Source: Catajapyx aquilonaris (Eukaryota). From it: 64,000 bases of DNA. The position numbers and the translations under genes are program-made. The stretch covers positions 124,001-188,000 of the forward strand of contig JYFJ02000087.1 in assembly GCA_000934665.2 (NCBI GenBank). Direction: 5' to 3'. Of the stretch, positions 31,601 through 45,443 are shown one piece after another. A model generated the notes under the pieces. The model was given only the letters and a program-made list of their open reading frames with translations. It was not told the DNA's origin and did no database searches. Positions within the stretch are counted from its first letter, which is position 1, and every line of letters starts with the position of its first letter.

Positions 31601-34600
31601 TTCACATCAGACACCATTAGCCTTCCCTGATGACGTTTCGAATTTGCAAGCGTATTGTTACAAAATTTGCATTTGTTTTGCTTCGAGGCTTACCTTGGAC
31701 CATGCGCACTAGACCAATATTATCTCTCATCAGGCAGGCCATGAATATGATGAGACCCATCTCTCTATTGGATATATTAAACACGCACAACCTTATGGCA
31801 CACACGGTACTAATGTAAACCAAGCATTTCAGTTCAGCCGAGTGCAGTATTTTTTTAAAATCCCTTTCCGCCTGAATAGCTCAGGTGGCTGGGTTGTGAT
31901 GTACAGTACCTTGAACGCTCGATGTCTGATTAGATTAAGTGAAGCAGAAAGTGAATGAAGTCGGAAAGGTGGCGCGTGAATTTACCAAGTGCAACGTAAA
32001 CAAGAGATGGTAACTGGGGGGTCCCCCATCTCCTCTTTTTCTTCTCCAAATTCCCAAGTTGGGAAACATTTAAGTGGCAGCACCATTAGTCTTGGAAGGA
32101 GTTGTAGCCAAGTACTCGGAATACAACCGAGCGTTTTCCTCACGGGAAGTTGACGCTTTTCCTCTGCCCGCTCCATTTACTCTCTCCATTCTCGCCTGAC
32201 TGTTTTCCCTTCGCAGCACTCATTACCGATGGCCCTGCTTCAACCATTCGGCGTCTCCTCCCCTTTTCCACATCCAAATTGGCTTTTTATTGCGCTATCC
32301 AACTTCAAATAGAAAAGCAGCAGGTGGATCACGACACCCACGATATTAATATTGATTCTTTTAAAAATCATATCGACAGTGGGCCTCAATATTGCAAGAA
32401 AATGTACAAGGTTTAGATTAAATTTAAATTCGAATGAATTGACATAATGTCTTTACATAACATTCCCAGTCCCTACAGTAACATTTCATCCGGTTTAATT
32501 TAAACTTAATGGTATTCAAGCTGCGCGATAAAAAGTACTAGAGAAATTGCAGCTGCGAAATCGATTCTGTTTGCAGCTATATTCACGCGTCAGTGGGCCT
32601 ATACCTGTTCTGTGTGATGCAGTCCTTCAAAGGGCTTGCATTCTTTCGCGCGCAATTATGTGCCGGGTAAAATTAGAAAACCTGAGCTCGGAATATATCT
32701 GATGGGAAAAAATGTAAACGGCGACTAATGAGGCCAAAAAACACTGGGGAATAACTCCGATAATAAAAAGAGCCGGAAAGGCTTCATTAGGAGACTCCGA
32801 GTCACCCAAAGCTAAGAAATGCGTATAAGAGCGACTTTTTCTCATAATTTTCGTCAAACAATAGTGTAGTAATGTGAAGCCTGAAATATCCCGCGGCGCT
32901 TGAGTGGCAACATGCCTAATTTGCCTCTGAGATTAAGCAAGAGATGTAGCCCGAGGATACTATCCTGCTAACGATCCTTTTTCCAAGAATATCATCGAAA
33001 CACACTATAATGAGCGTGCCCCTCTTTCTCTTCCTTTCTTGCTTTTCATATCATAAAATTTTCAAGAAGCTGACATCCGATGGCATGCGGGCGGTGTTAA
33101 TGGCCCCATAATTATACCGTTTATTACACCAATATTGGCCCACCCGAATTGTTTCGGGGACGTTATAATATTCACACAAAAAAAGTTTTTGGCTATTTTT
33201 GTGGTTCTCTAACAATGTGGAATTACAAGGTTATGAATTATGAAATAATCTAGTGAGGAGAGAGGCTGGCTCTGTAATTGATTTTGGCAGATGGCAGAAG
33301 TGGATTGCGGAGGAGAAGACTTTTTCTTCGACGCTGCGCTGTGCAATAAAGTGAGCTTCCTTCATGAAATATTCTCATCCTGCTGGTAGCTAACCTACAT
33401 GTCTCTCTTGCTCGCATGACTGCATGTGTCCCAGGGGCAAGTCGACAAGTGCAGAATACAGTCTGTGTAGGACTGTAGGTCATGACGCCTAACCTTGAAA
33501 TTGCATGATTATTGGATGTGTTGGATTGATCCGGAATACTGTAGCAGTTTAATTCCGTTTTAACACTTATTAATTTACATTGTCACCTATACAGGTAGAT
33601 AATCGTTCTTACCGACTGAAACTATAAATATCTAGAAGTCCATAAACGACACTGGATGTGAGACAGGTGCTTTGACCTCAGAACCACTACTATGACAACA
33701 TTCACTGTGATTCTCGAGCACAAAAAATGTCCGGCGAGAGTGTGAGTGAGCTTACAGTATACACACTCTTGTCTGAAGAGGACTCATTGTAGCGTGAGCG
33801 AGTCTTGACGTGAGAAAGTTACGGGGCGTTTCGATGCACAAAGGACCTCGTTCATCATTGTAGGTACATAAGTTCAGTACCCTCAGATACAGTACACTGC
33901 ACTCCAACAGGTGCGTCTTTCAACACTTTTCCCACACCCTGTCTGATATCAAGTAGTAAATCTACTGTCTATTTCTTGTTTTTCTCACGTGGTGCACTAT
34001 CAGTTGTAGAGTTACAAAATACATCGTATAACACAGTAATCATTGACTAATATTCAACAGTCCTACAATTGAAGCAACTGTCAAAAAATAGGTCAAAGTC
34101 AAGCGACGTACTAGCCTCGTACTATATTGTAAATTCCTGCCTCTGCTGGCAAAAAATAGAGGTGTGAGTGCAAAAAAATGTGCGAATTTAATGGCGACAG
34201 ACCTTATCTCCATGGTGACAGTGTTGCTCGGTATAATGATGGGGTCGGGGTTGGATGGATGGATGGCGATGGGGGAAAAGCCTGCGGGCCATATTTACTT
34301 TGAAGAGTGAAGTGGGGAAGGGTGGGTTATGATTAGACTAAAGTCTATTACAAGCCCCGTCCCTGGCACTTTCTACTAATCTAGTCCTATCCTCCCTTTC
34401 TCCCCATCAGATTCGCGGAAAAAGCTGGATATAGAATCACGGGCATCACGCAATATCCCCATTTTTGCATTTCCTTAGACGCTTTTGTTCAGCCTCTAAG
34501 TTATTGTGACCCGATCAGGCAGTTGTTGCTCAGGCAACCGAGATTGGAAACCATTCGGGCTTGCTGGAAATCCGCGAGAGAAGTGCCAGAATAATGTGGG

Positions 34601-36333
34601 ACCTGTTCGGGCCTTTTGCCAATGCATATGGAGAAGCATTTCGGTACAGAGCTGAATTTATTCCTACATTTTTACAGGTAAAGTACAGTAAATCCTATTA
34701 ATTTCCGGAGAAAATTGGTTTAAAAATGCTTTTAGTCAGCAGGTAAACGCATATTAGAAAATTAATATTTTTGGCGTTTGAACGGAAATTATTTGTGGGA
34801 AGCGTATAATTCAAGACATAATGGCGTTTACTTAAACAAGGGCGTGCCCGCTCAATACTATAGCTACAAGGCCTCATTGCGTCTTTATAAACATATACAA
34901 GGACTTACACAATGTAAGAACCTTTTCTACGCCGCAATAGGACGGAAAACAGAGCCAGCAACAATCTTTCTAAGAGTCAGTCTTCAAGGCCATGCACTTA
35001 GCATAATGAAAATCAAAGCCTCACTTGTTGCTTATATTTTACTGTCAGCCCCCTAAGGCTTCATCCCACTCTAATCACGGCTGAAAAGTAGTTAGAGGCA
35101 GATTATTTTGGCCATTACTAATGAACACATTCAGTCATTATTGGGTGGCATTGAATAATGAAGCAAGCAAATTGGTGTCTCTTTCAAGCCCATTGCTGAG
35201 CCAAGTCCTTAATGAATTCATTTGCGAGAAAACAACTAAAATGACTCAATGTCTTAGACAACGTTGTAACTACTCGCACAACTTACAACAGTTCAGTATT
35301 ATGCGGATACTTGTAGCCCACTTGTCGGATGTATTCGCAAACCAGCATAATTAGAGACAAAGTACCATAAGTAATTTATTATAGGTCATGCATCATACTG
35401 GATTATGAATGCAACAATAACTCTGCCTTTGGTAAAAAGCCATCTGATTAAAAATATAACATGAAACGTTGTTATAGCTTGCCATAAATTACTCCGAATC
35501 CAGGTCCACGCACACGTTCTCGTACATTTTTTTCCCCCATGTTCCCTCCATTAAACCTAGTTATGACTATCATTCACGCGTGAGGCATAGATTAGACCTT
35601 CTCAGTTGCTCATTACACGGAAAATCCCATCATCTGAGCTTCTATCCCTATGCTCCCATTTCACTCGAGCAGCATCCAAACTTGTATAGTATATATACCC
35701 CCTGAAACCGAAAAAACATCTTTAAGTATATCTCTCCGGTGTAACTTCTTACGCCAAACTTGCGCAAACTTTTCCAAGGCACAAAAAAAAACAAAGATTG
35801 AAGCTGAAGCAGTAGAAAGCCACACTGTGTAAGCTAGTGCTTTTGAATCAGACCACAAGCTTACTCCAACAGCATTCTCATGTACTTGGGGAGGAATTAA
35901 GATCATATTTAGGAAGCTCAGACCTGACGCCTTTGATCCGAATGTACTGTACACGTATTCTGTATACTTGACTTGTACTTGTGGAGAAAACCTACTTTTG
36001 TTAGTGCTTGCTATTTTTTTTCAGCTCTCCAAGAATACGCTTTCATTTTGTGATTCGCGCGTTGATGACATAACGTCAAAGGAAAATGCCCGGTTTGTTT
36101 AATGCTCGGTGCGCCAGTTATCGGGAAACTCTGGCAACGTAATGCGACACGCTTAATGAGACAGGCTAGGAAGTAATTTGTCAACTTATTCTGCGAGGGA
36201 TGCCCGTAACAATGGAGGAATCGTCAAAGCGGACAGACTGCGTCGCGTCGGTTTGGTGTCAGAGGCGTGAGGGATAATTAAGCCGCTTTTTGGCCACCTT
36301 TCATTAATGCATGACAAATATTGCGTTTTTCAG

Positions 36334-39300
36334 ATACTCGACCTGCAATCGGAAAGTGACGCAACACAACTGGAGGAAATGGAGGAAGAAACGGTAAGAA
36401 CATTATTTTTGATGGTGTTTTGATATTGGATGTGACATCCTGTTATCGCAACAATATGAGCATTTTACCAATAACTTCCATAACGTCTATTACAGTCATT
36501 CTGATCGGCGATGAATGAATATGTGGAAGTCGAATTATACTTATCATTACTTATCATTAATTTCCGATAATAACAAGCAGCGCCGCCACTACGCATTCAC
36601 AAGAACTAATTTTTCCCGTAACTGTCATGGCGGCCACAGCCACCGATTTTCACAGAGTGTCCTTTTATATTTGTCAAAGACAGAACTACAGAAGTCACTG
36701 TTAGTGATGATTACAACGTAATTCAAATCATACTGATGTTTGCTTTTCATCCCGCAGCTGGAGGAAGCAGAAGCTATGGATGGCCTCTTACAACAAAGGC
36801 TTCACGAATGCTTGGATCTCCATTCGCACTCGCCTAATCTGAGTGAAGGTAACTGCCTCTTCGCTGTCATATGCGCATGGCTTATACCCAATCTTAGACT
36901 TCATATCCCGCAAAAGCCCTCCATCACGTATCGTATAATAATCAACTTCATTAACACTCCTTGACGAAGTGTAATCGACCTAGTTCCCCATCGATATTCT
37001 GCCTTCAGGGGGAAATAGTATCCCACTTTTAGAATTAGTTTTATCAACAAAGTTTCGGACTTAATTTCACATTTTTTCACAGTCAGCTCCTATTGGATCA
37101 GCACAATTTTAAAAAACCGTTTATTAATTATTAATTATTATCATTCTCAATAATATTTCACCTAATACTGTCAACAATGTTTGTTTGCATTGCGCTGGAA
37201 GTTATCTCTCTGCCCACTGGATGGGCCACCTCCCTGCTTAGCCCCCTCCCCACACACCTTACACCACCTTCCGCTAGAGGGTGCTCGACACGCTGCCAAG
37301 TGGCGCTCCTGTACAGTTACTGCTCGCTACGGGTACCCTTACCGCGTGCACCGAAGGTGCACCCACCACAAGCCCTGTTTATGCATTAACAGGCTTGTTA
37401 TTCTTAATTAGACACTTTGGGCTTAATTTATGTCCATACAACTGGCCATATGCATCTCCTCATGCACGAGACCGAGACAGTGACCTCAAAGGGAGGATGT
37501 TTTCATACCAAGAGACGTAAGCACACCTCCTCGAGCTACCACTGTCAAAACGAACATCAACAAAAATCTGGACACTAATTGCATCTACAAGTAATTTCAG
37601 AAGTTCTCCAAAGTTGGAGAGACTGCATGAGTAGCTTCTCGGTCCTGCAAAGACATTAGTTGAATAAAGCCTTTGTTCGACCCCGCCTTTGCATTTTCGC
37701 AACGCTGTTTACTTGTGCCTTACGAATCGTGAGTATAATGAGTTCATTACACTTGCCTCGCACTGCGTGTGAATTAAACAATAACTAGCTGCTGGAGGCA
37801 CAGCACAACGACATTATTATTCTCTTCCACATGCCTCAGAAACATTTCTGAACTGCTGAATTAAACATTCCTGGAGCTCGACCCGTTTTGACAGTGACGT
37901 GACCTGAGAACAGTACGTCAGAGATAGAATTTGTGCAGTGTTTAAAAAAATACAACGGAGTGTGCAGGGTTACTGACCACTGGTTGCGGAGCTTAAATCT
38001 CCACGTGAGAAATCATATGACATGTGCCCTTTGTGTTAATGTCATTTGCGGAACTCAGGATGGATGAGCAAATGCTGTGACGTCATGGATGCTGTGCAGT
38101 GGGCGTAATACCATGGGTCGCTGTTAATTTAGAACGCTCTTAATTAATGCACAACAAAGCGGCAAATCAAACGCACCGTTTCTGGAAGGCACAAAACATT
38201 TTAGAGCAAAAAATTGCAGGCAATAAAATCTCTGAAGCACAGCAGCTTACTTCAAGAATAATTTTAAACCATCCATATCTTGCATATGCTCAGTATTGCG
38301 TAACGAGTCCGGTTCAAGGTTTTGTACTATGCAAACGTAGACTTAGTGTCACCTGGCCTAGCTGAGTCCCGGGCAAAATGAATAATTTGGTGCTGCGATT
38401 ATTAATCATAATTAGTGAGTAACACTGAAGTGTGAAATTTCACTTGTTAGATTCAGTATGGGCATCGCCAATTGGCCAAGTGCGCTTCTAACTAATAATG
38501 AAATAAAGCCTGCTGCTTCACTAGAAATTAAAGCGTGCTTACATACACAAGTACTGTACAAAAAAAGGGAACCTCTCAACATTATTTTTACATTGAACTG
38601 CAATGCCATGATGAGTTTTACCGCATTCATAATGGGACCAAGGGGCACTTGAAAAGGTTGTTACCTAATGAGCAGTTTCAAAATGTGGCACACCTGACAT
38701 TTTTAATTCCACATTTTAGTATCCAGTTTGATTTAAACTATGATTACGTATGTCCAGCAAAGTCCTCGGAATTTTTCATGCATAAAATAAGGGTGTAAAA
38801 CAAAACTGGTTTCTGCTAGAACGCCCTCACACTTTTCATTAAGCCCAGGTAGCAATGAAAGAAGCAATTTTCATTATATCCAAGTGACGTGATATTATAG
38901 TCGAGGTCCCCATCCCTATGAAATAAGACCCCGAGTGGCTGCTCACATACCCTTGCACTTTATCGCTCTCCTAGATTTTTTTTAAAAAAAAGGTTATAAA
39001 ATTTCCCCACAACACTTGACTGCAGGCTCCAGCTTCATTATAGCCAACTTCCCCTCTATCCAATTTTGCTGTTGATGTTTGAAAGCCCGTACTAATAAAA
39101 TTTATGCCCTCCGCTCAAGCAAGGCTCTAAGCTTCCCAGATACGCCCTATCTATGTCAGAAGAATTCAAATTAACGTCAGTAAAATAAGATCTGTGGCAC
39201 ACGGATTCCAATTATGCGGTTGTTATTTCAGTTAGGTTATAAATCCCTTACGCTCGGCTTGATTTTAATAAACCCCTGCCAAGCTTTCGGTTTTTCCAAG

Positions 39301-41931
39301 GCGCACTTGCTCAAGTGGTTCAGATTGGAAAATTGCTTTGTATAGAGCTCTTTCTCGGGGAAAAAAATTTGCATTTTAACGGATTGTAGTTTTTTTTCTA
39401 GGAGAACTGTACTGTCCTGGAACCTTCGACGGATGGAGTTGCTGGAATGACACTCCAGCAGGACACACTGCACATACTCCCTGCCCATACTTTATCACCG
39501 GATTCGACTCTTCGAGTAAGTAACTATTCCATAAAACCTGTGTGAGCAAAACACACACACTTGCAGAAGGCTTCCATTTTGATTGCGCTTAATGCAAGTG
39601 GAGAGTAATCCTAGAGCGCACAGTAGGGCCGGAACAGGCCAAATCCGCTAGGCATTAACTAGATAAGTGCTGGCCACATGTTACCCCAAGACAAACATAG
39701 AGCCTGAGGCCAACATTTACGCTCGTAACACGGCCTTTATGTACACAGTCTGGATGACACTGCAGGGAGTAATAAATTGTGAAGGGATGATCATTACACA
39801 ATATAAGTGAATAGGGTCCGGCAAGACCAAGTTTTGGGTCCTAAATACCGCTTAGAGTCGAATTCTCCCATTGTGCTCGTTCCATATAGGAATGGCCCAC
39901 AAAGTCTGTAACGAGGATGGGACTTGGTTCCGCCATCCGCAGTCCAACCAGACTTGGTCTAATTACACCACTTGCATAGACCTGGAGGACCTCAGAGTGA
40001 GTTACTGCACATTTGGATTGTGGTAGAATACAGTTCATCAAGTCCATTCTATTTGCAGTGGAGACAAAGTATCAACACGCTGTACATAGCTGGATATACG
40101 GTCTCATTGGTAGCGCTGCTCCTTTCTCTCTTCATATTTTTCTACTTCAGGTATGGATTGTTGAACTTATTTTTGCTATGACTTATTTTGAGAAGCACTC
40201 ACATATGCAGGATGTTATTGAGATTTCATGGCGCACGCTTTGTGTTCAGCTTACATTGCAATTTGCAACCGATGCAAAGCACACCCAGGTTTTCCTTACG
40301 TATAACGTACAGTACGATATGCCTTAAGGCAAACTGCTTGGTTCATACTATCCATATTACAAGTAAACAAGAGGAATTATAACGTTACCTATAGGTTTGC
40401 ATTGCTAGCCTATATCAGTCAAAACCAATAGCGTCTGCCATTAACGTCAATATTAGTTTCTCTTTGTTATTCTGCATCCGCTATCTAATTAGGCAATTAA
40501 TAAAATAATTAGTGGTTAACCTGCATCCTCTTTGCGGCCAGATCCCTCAAGTGCACTCGAATTATAATCCACAAAAACTTGTTCATCGCCTTCATTTTCA
40601 ACAATTGCATGTGGATGATTTGGTACAAAGAAATAGTGTCCAAGCCTCAGGTGGTTCTGGAAAATGGGGTAAGTCATGCAGCATTTAAATTATGCAAATC
40701 ATCGTATTATTATAAATAATCCTGTTGAGAATGTTTCGCATATTTCAGGTCGAGTGTCAAATCCTACATGTGCTTGTCCAGTATTTCCTGGTGGCCAGCT
40801 ATTTTTGGATGTTCTGCGAAGGTCTTTACTTGCACACGTTGCTAGTTGTAGCTTTTGCGTCTGAAGAACGCATCATGTACGCCTGCTATGGTGTCGGATG
40901 GGGCATACCGACAATCATCACCATAATTTACGCAGCTTGCAGGGGATCTCAAGCAACTGAAAGCACATAGTAAGTAGCCTTGGTAACTATAATAACCTTT
41001 CGTGTCCAACTACTCACCAACATTGATTTTTATTCACTTTAGTTGCTGGATAGAGGAGAGTCACTATACATGGATCCTGTCTATCCCTGTTGCCATATCT
41101 ATGTTGACCAACCTGTTCTTCCTCATCAATATTGTTCGTCTATTAGTGACCAAACTTCGCTCAGGAGCTTGCAGGCCAACCTCAGACCCTTGCCCTTCTT
41201 CCCTCAGAAAGGCGGTAAGTTCGTTTCTTATATTCACAAAATGCAAATTTGCTGAAAATCACAATTTCAGGTAAGGGCAACTTTAATTTTGATCCCTCTA
41301 TTGGGACTCCACTACTTGGTCACACCCTTCCGACCGCAAAGAGATTCACCCATGGAAGTAGTTTACGAAGCCGTCTCCGCCGTCACTTCATCTTTTCAGG
41401 TAATGACTCGCTTACATTGAACTCGCCACCAAATTATAATCCTGAAAATAACAGCGCATTTAAAATTCCAGGGCTTATGTGTAGCGACGCTGTTCTGCTT
41501 TTGCAACGGAGAGGTAATTGATAATTTCCCTGCAAATTCAATATCCCGGCGAGTGTCAGCCCCGTAATGGTAATCATGTCGCACTTGCATGCAATCGCAG
41601 TTTACGTGTCCCAGATGTCAATCACGTGGCCCATGCAAACTTATTGTGTGCCCACAAAATGGGTGCTCCCGTTCACATCCCAACTTGTTGCAGGTTCTAG
41701 CACACGTGAAGAAGAAGTGGAACCAACTGTTATTACGAAATGACAAGGGGCCAAATTCGTATGCTGCGACCACAGTATCAGTAAGGGTGAATTATACCGC
41801 GCCTTACTCATTACTCGTTAAGTTGGCTTATTACACGCCATAATAAACTTATACTGTTTCCGTTTCAGTTTGTGAAATCAACTGCGTATCAAGATGGTCC
41901 CAGTTACGGGGCCACTGACGAGATGGTATAA
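36334..41931 (+). CDS. Class B (secretin family) calcitonin-type GPCR, DH31 receptor/Hector-like, ~419 aa from ATG 36379; exons 36334-36393, 36758-36848, 39402-39515, 39890-39996, 40059-40150, 40542-40668, 40749-40969, 41043-41214, 41271-41399, 41472-41513, 41694-41780, 41869-41931
   Basis: Hormone-binding domain motifs [31 protein letters not shown] and WSNYTTC. 7TM motifs [48 protein letters not shown] and [18 protein letters not shown]. All splice phases are consistent. The start codon is uncertain. Confidence 0.93.
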
Positions 41932-42699
41932 CAACCCAATCTGTGTTCCGGGCAGGTTCATATCATGAAAGTGTTAGCAATAACCAGGCCAGTCATACAC
42001 GACCACTTTATTTATTTGGTCCATATTCTGCTTCTTTTCTGGGTTTTTAAATACGTTTGTAGAAAATTTTCATAGAAGCAAATAAACAAATAAATCAATG
42101 TAGGAACCAGCTGATTTTGCAATCGAGACAAATGGCAATTTACGTCAAAATTCTAACTCCAAGCATACTCTAAAATCCAGAATATAAGCTGAATATGAAC
42201 TACTTTCTGTTCGCAAAAAGTATGCATTTTGGGGTCAGTGTCGGTGTGCTAAGAAGTATTTTGCCTTCTGAAGTCTTAAATAATCTGTCGCTACATGTGC
42301 GCCAGTTCAGCTTAAATATCATTGCATGCGGCTCTTTTTACCTTGCAATTAGATTTCAGATATGTCATACTGAACTCCTTGTGGCACGGGAGCTCTTATC
42401 GGTTTGGATGTCTTGTCATATATTTTGCGGACCTAGTTCAAAGAAATTTCTTATACAAAAAAAGTAGCTGTCCTTTAGGAGAAAATAATGCCACTATTTT
42501 TCTGTGTTCGCTGGATGCCATGTGTATAATGTACCTGTATTAGACGTTGATTAAACAATCCTAGCGTATTTCAACCCGAGACATTATTGTCATGCGTGTT
42601 ACACATTCGCAATAAACGTTGGCAGCATTTTAGGTCATGTGCCGGACATTCCAGTCCGCACTAATATTCTTTGCGTGTCACATTTACGCCACCTCAAAG

Positions 42700-42980
42700 A
42701 AGAACATGGAGCAAAACCACTGTCAGCTGACACTCCAGTGTGGTTTGGAAACTTTCTGAAGGCGATGAGCCAAAGGGACTCTCGACAAAACGGATCATAT
42801 TGGGCGAGACAGATCCTGTAACAAGATTTGCTCTCGGAACATAATATGCTGCGTAGATCTGGTCGGAAACTGGACCAAACTTTCAGATAGGATTTCCAGA
42901 GAATGACGATACAAGGAGAGAATGCCGTCAACAAGAGAAAAGTCTCTGGCGGATTACAGGACAACTGAGACCTAAAGAAA
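42700..42980 (+). mobile_element. Highly decayed non-LTR retrotransposon (RTE-like) C-terminal remnant
   Basis: Stop-interrupted translation VWFGNFLKAMSQRDSRQ...RRSGRKLDQTFR*D resembles the RTE C-terminal W.GH..RM...R.RGRP..RW.D pattern. Confidence 0.35.
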
Positions 42981-45379
42981 ATCCACCAGAAACTAGAGCA
43001 AAAAAAAATGTAATCCCGCAGATAACCTGAGATGTTATAGAGTGGACCTGAGAGAATAAGGTCCAATTAACTCTGAAGAAAGTTGGGCCGGGAAGTCGCC
43101 AATAGTGATTTATAGTATTGTTCTGAACAACCCACACAGAGATCAATATCTCATTCTTATGGCCATTTTCGCGAGTAGTGAGCATCATGAATGTAAGTAG
43201 GCTATTGTAAAGTGACAGAATATTATGCAGTTCAAGCACTTATAAAGTAGTAATTTAATTCGCACCATGTTATAGGCTCATGTGCAACCCAATTATCATC
43301 GTTTTGTTATTTTTATGAGATCTAAAGCAAACTTGATATATTAAATATACAAGTAGCTTACAATTTATATGGACATCTCTGTTAGGTATCGATAATCATG
43401 AAAGTAAGTTAAGTAAGTCACATATGATCTCATTTGTCTAGCTTGAATCTAATGCTCAGAATCAGTAGTAATATGTACCGGTGTATAGTTTTGCGAGAAT
43501 CAAAGCAGGTCCAAAGCAGGCGCTAACAAAATTCGGAATGAAAATACTTGTGGTAGGAAAACTATCGACCAGCAGAAGCCGCAGTAAATCCAATTAAAAG
43601 TGAGTTTCATCTGGCACTGCATGTCCCGTCAATAAATTCTCCTGGGTGCGTGATTGTTGTCGCACACGAAAATAACTAGAACAAGTACGGAAACGTGCTC
43701 ATGTTTCACCGTATACACTGGCTGTTAATTATTTCATTGTCACACAGCGAGGAAACAGGGACTATGCATTCGTTACATTTCAGAAACCAACCGCAGCGCA
43801 AGCTTAAACTGATAGGAAACAATAACAGGTTGCACTGGAGGGTGTATCAACTTGTGTTACATTTTTCCTCTACATGCCATAGAGGATTCAAGATATGATA
43901 TGACCATAATATGAAACAAGGTACGATTACACAACATTACCTTACGTCCAAAGACAACCATTTCTAGTTGGCGATCAGTCCGTCCAACTGCCCATGCGAC
44001 TCTAATAAATTCCTCTCCTGTAGCCTGCAACCCAGCAATAAAATCTAACTTTGACCACCACCTGGGCCCATTAGACTTCCAGCAGCAAGTCCGATCCTCT
44101 GCCCCAGAAGAACAAAGTTTATTCCCCAGGGAAGTTCTTATAATCAATATGAAGGCATTGGATATACGCCTACATGCTCCTGCCCCATACCTTTTCCCTG
44201 CAGCTCTGTGTAACCCACTTTACAGCAGCCAACGTCAACACTTACAGCGTCAGAAAATATTTTGTCGCCAGATGAGCTTGCGGGCTGTCATCGTGTCATC
44301 CTCGTAATTTTCTACTCGACTAGTTGAATATTGTGTTTGCAGGGGTGAAGAGAGGGCATGATTGCGCATTCCAAGCAAACCTTCACCACATTTTTACATG
44401 GAGATCAGAGCATATTTTAGTCGCGATCATAAGTTGTATCCGAGTATATTCTAGGCTCATGACAAGCATGTACTGTACTTGTGTGTTTTATTAAAACTAT
44501 ACACTCTAAGGATATAGGGGCTAGACCTCTAGGAATATTCAAAAGCTGTCAATCTGTAGTAGCTTTCGGATGACAAACACTCCGGTCTTAGCAATAAGTT
44601 ACCATCCTGCTTTAAGAGGTTACAGTCATATTTCAAATCCAATAACCCCTAAATATTGGTTGTAATTCAGCGATATCTTATCAGGGATATTACGTTCAGG
44701 ACTATAGACCGCCTATACAGCACGTACTGTATACCAAAAAAAGCTTTGCTAAGTTCCACATTTCTGATGTCAGTTGCTGTGACCGCAAGAGGACATTCAG
44801 GTGAGTACCTTAAACTCTTCAAAAAAATTATGTGGTTAATATCATCCCTATATTTGGAACGTGCACTTCTCCAGTGTTTAAAATTAAATGACGGACTAAT
44901 CAGATGGGGTAATCACCAAAACCATAACATGCCGACTGGGGCAAAAAGTAATGTAACACCAGGCTGCTAATTGTTCTCAAATGTCGTGGTTACAGTCAAA
45001 TCGGTACTGAAACCCACACTCTACATACACCGAGAGGTCGACCTCAACGACCAACCCCCATTCGTCACTCGCGTCACAGTAATCCGCATTTTGAGAAAAG
45101 CACGTTTCGGACAAATTGCAAGCACTGCACTGTAACATGCACGTGTAACGCACAGAAATGTTGATAAAACGTGCGAATTCACTCACAATCAGTACATGGT
45201 GCTTGAGTGTTTGCATATATACGTACAAAAACACTCCTCGATCATGGTTTGCACAGTTCTACACTACATGCTGGGCTATACTCAGAATGGGGGAAAAGGA
45301 ATGTGTTCATATACATTTTGTACAGACCTCATCAAAATCTCCCTAATACTATACGCTTAGTACGTAGTTAGCACTTATA

Positions 45380-45442
<63 letters not shown>
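45380..45442. repeat. (AAT)n microsatellite, about 20 units
   Basis: Uninterrupted aat run. Confidence 0.98.

Positions 45443-45443
<1 letters not shown>

Noticed and set aside
39618..39876. Transib-like CACAGT/CACAAT termini in a GPCR intron
   Set aside because: The match is only a few bases long and there is no 5-bp TSD.
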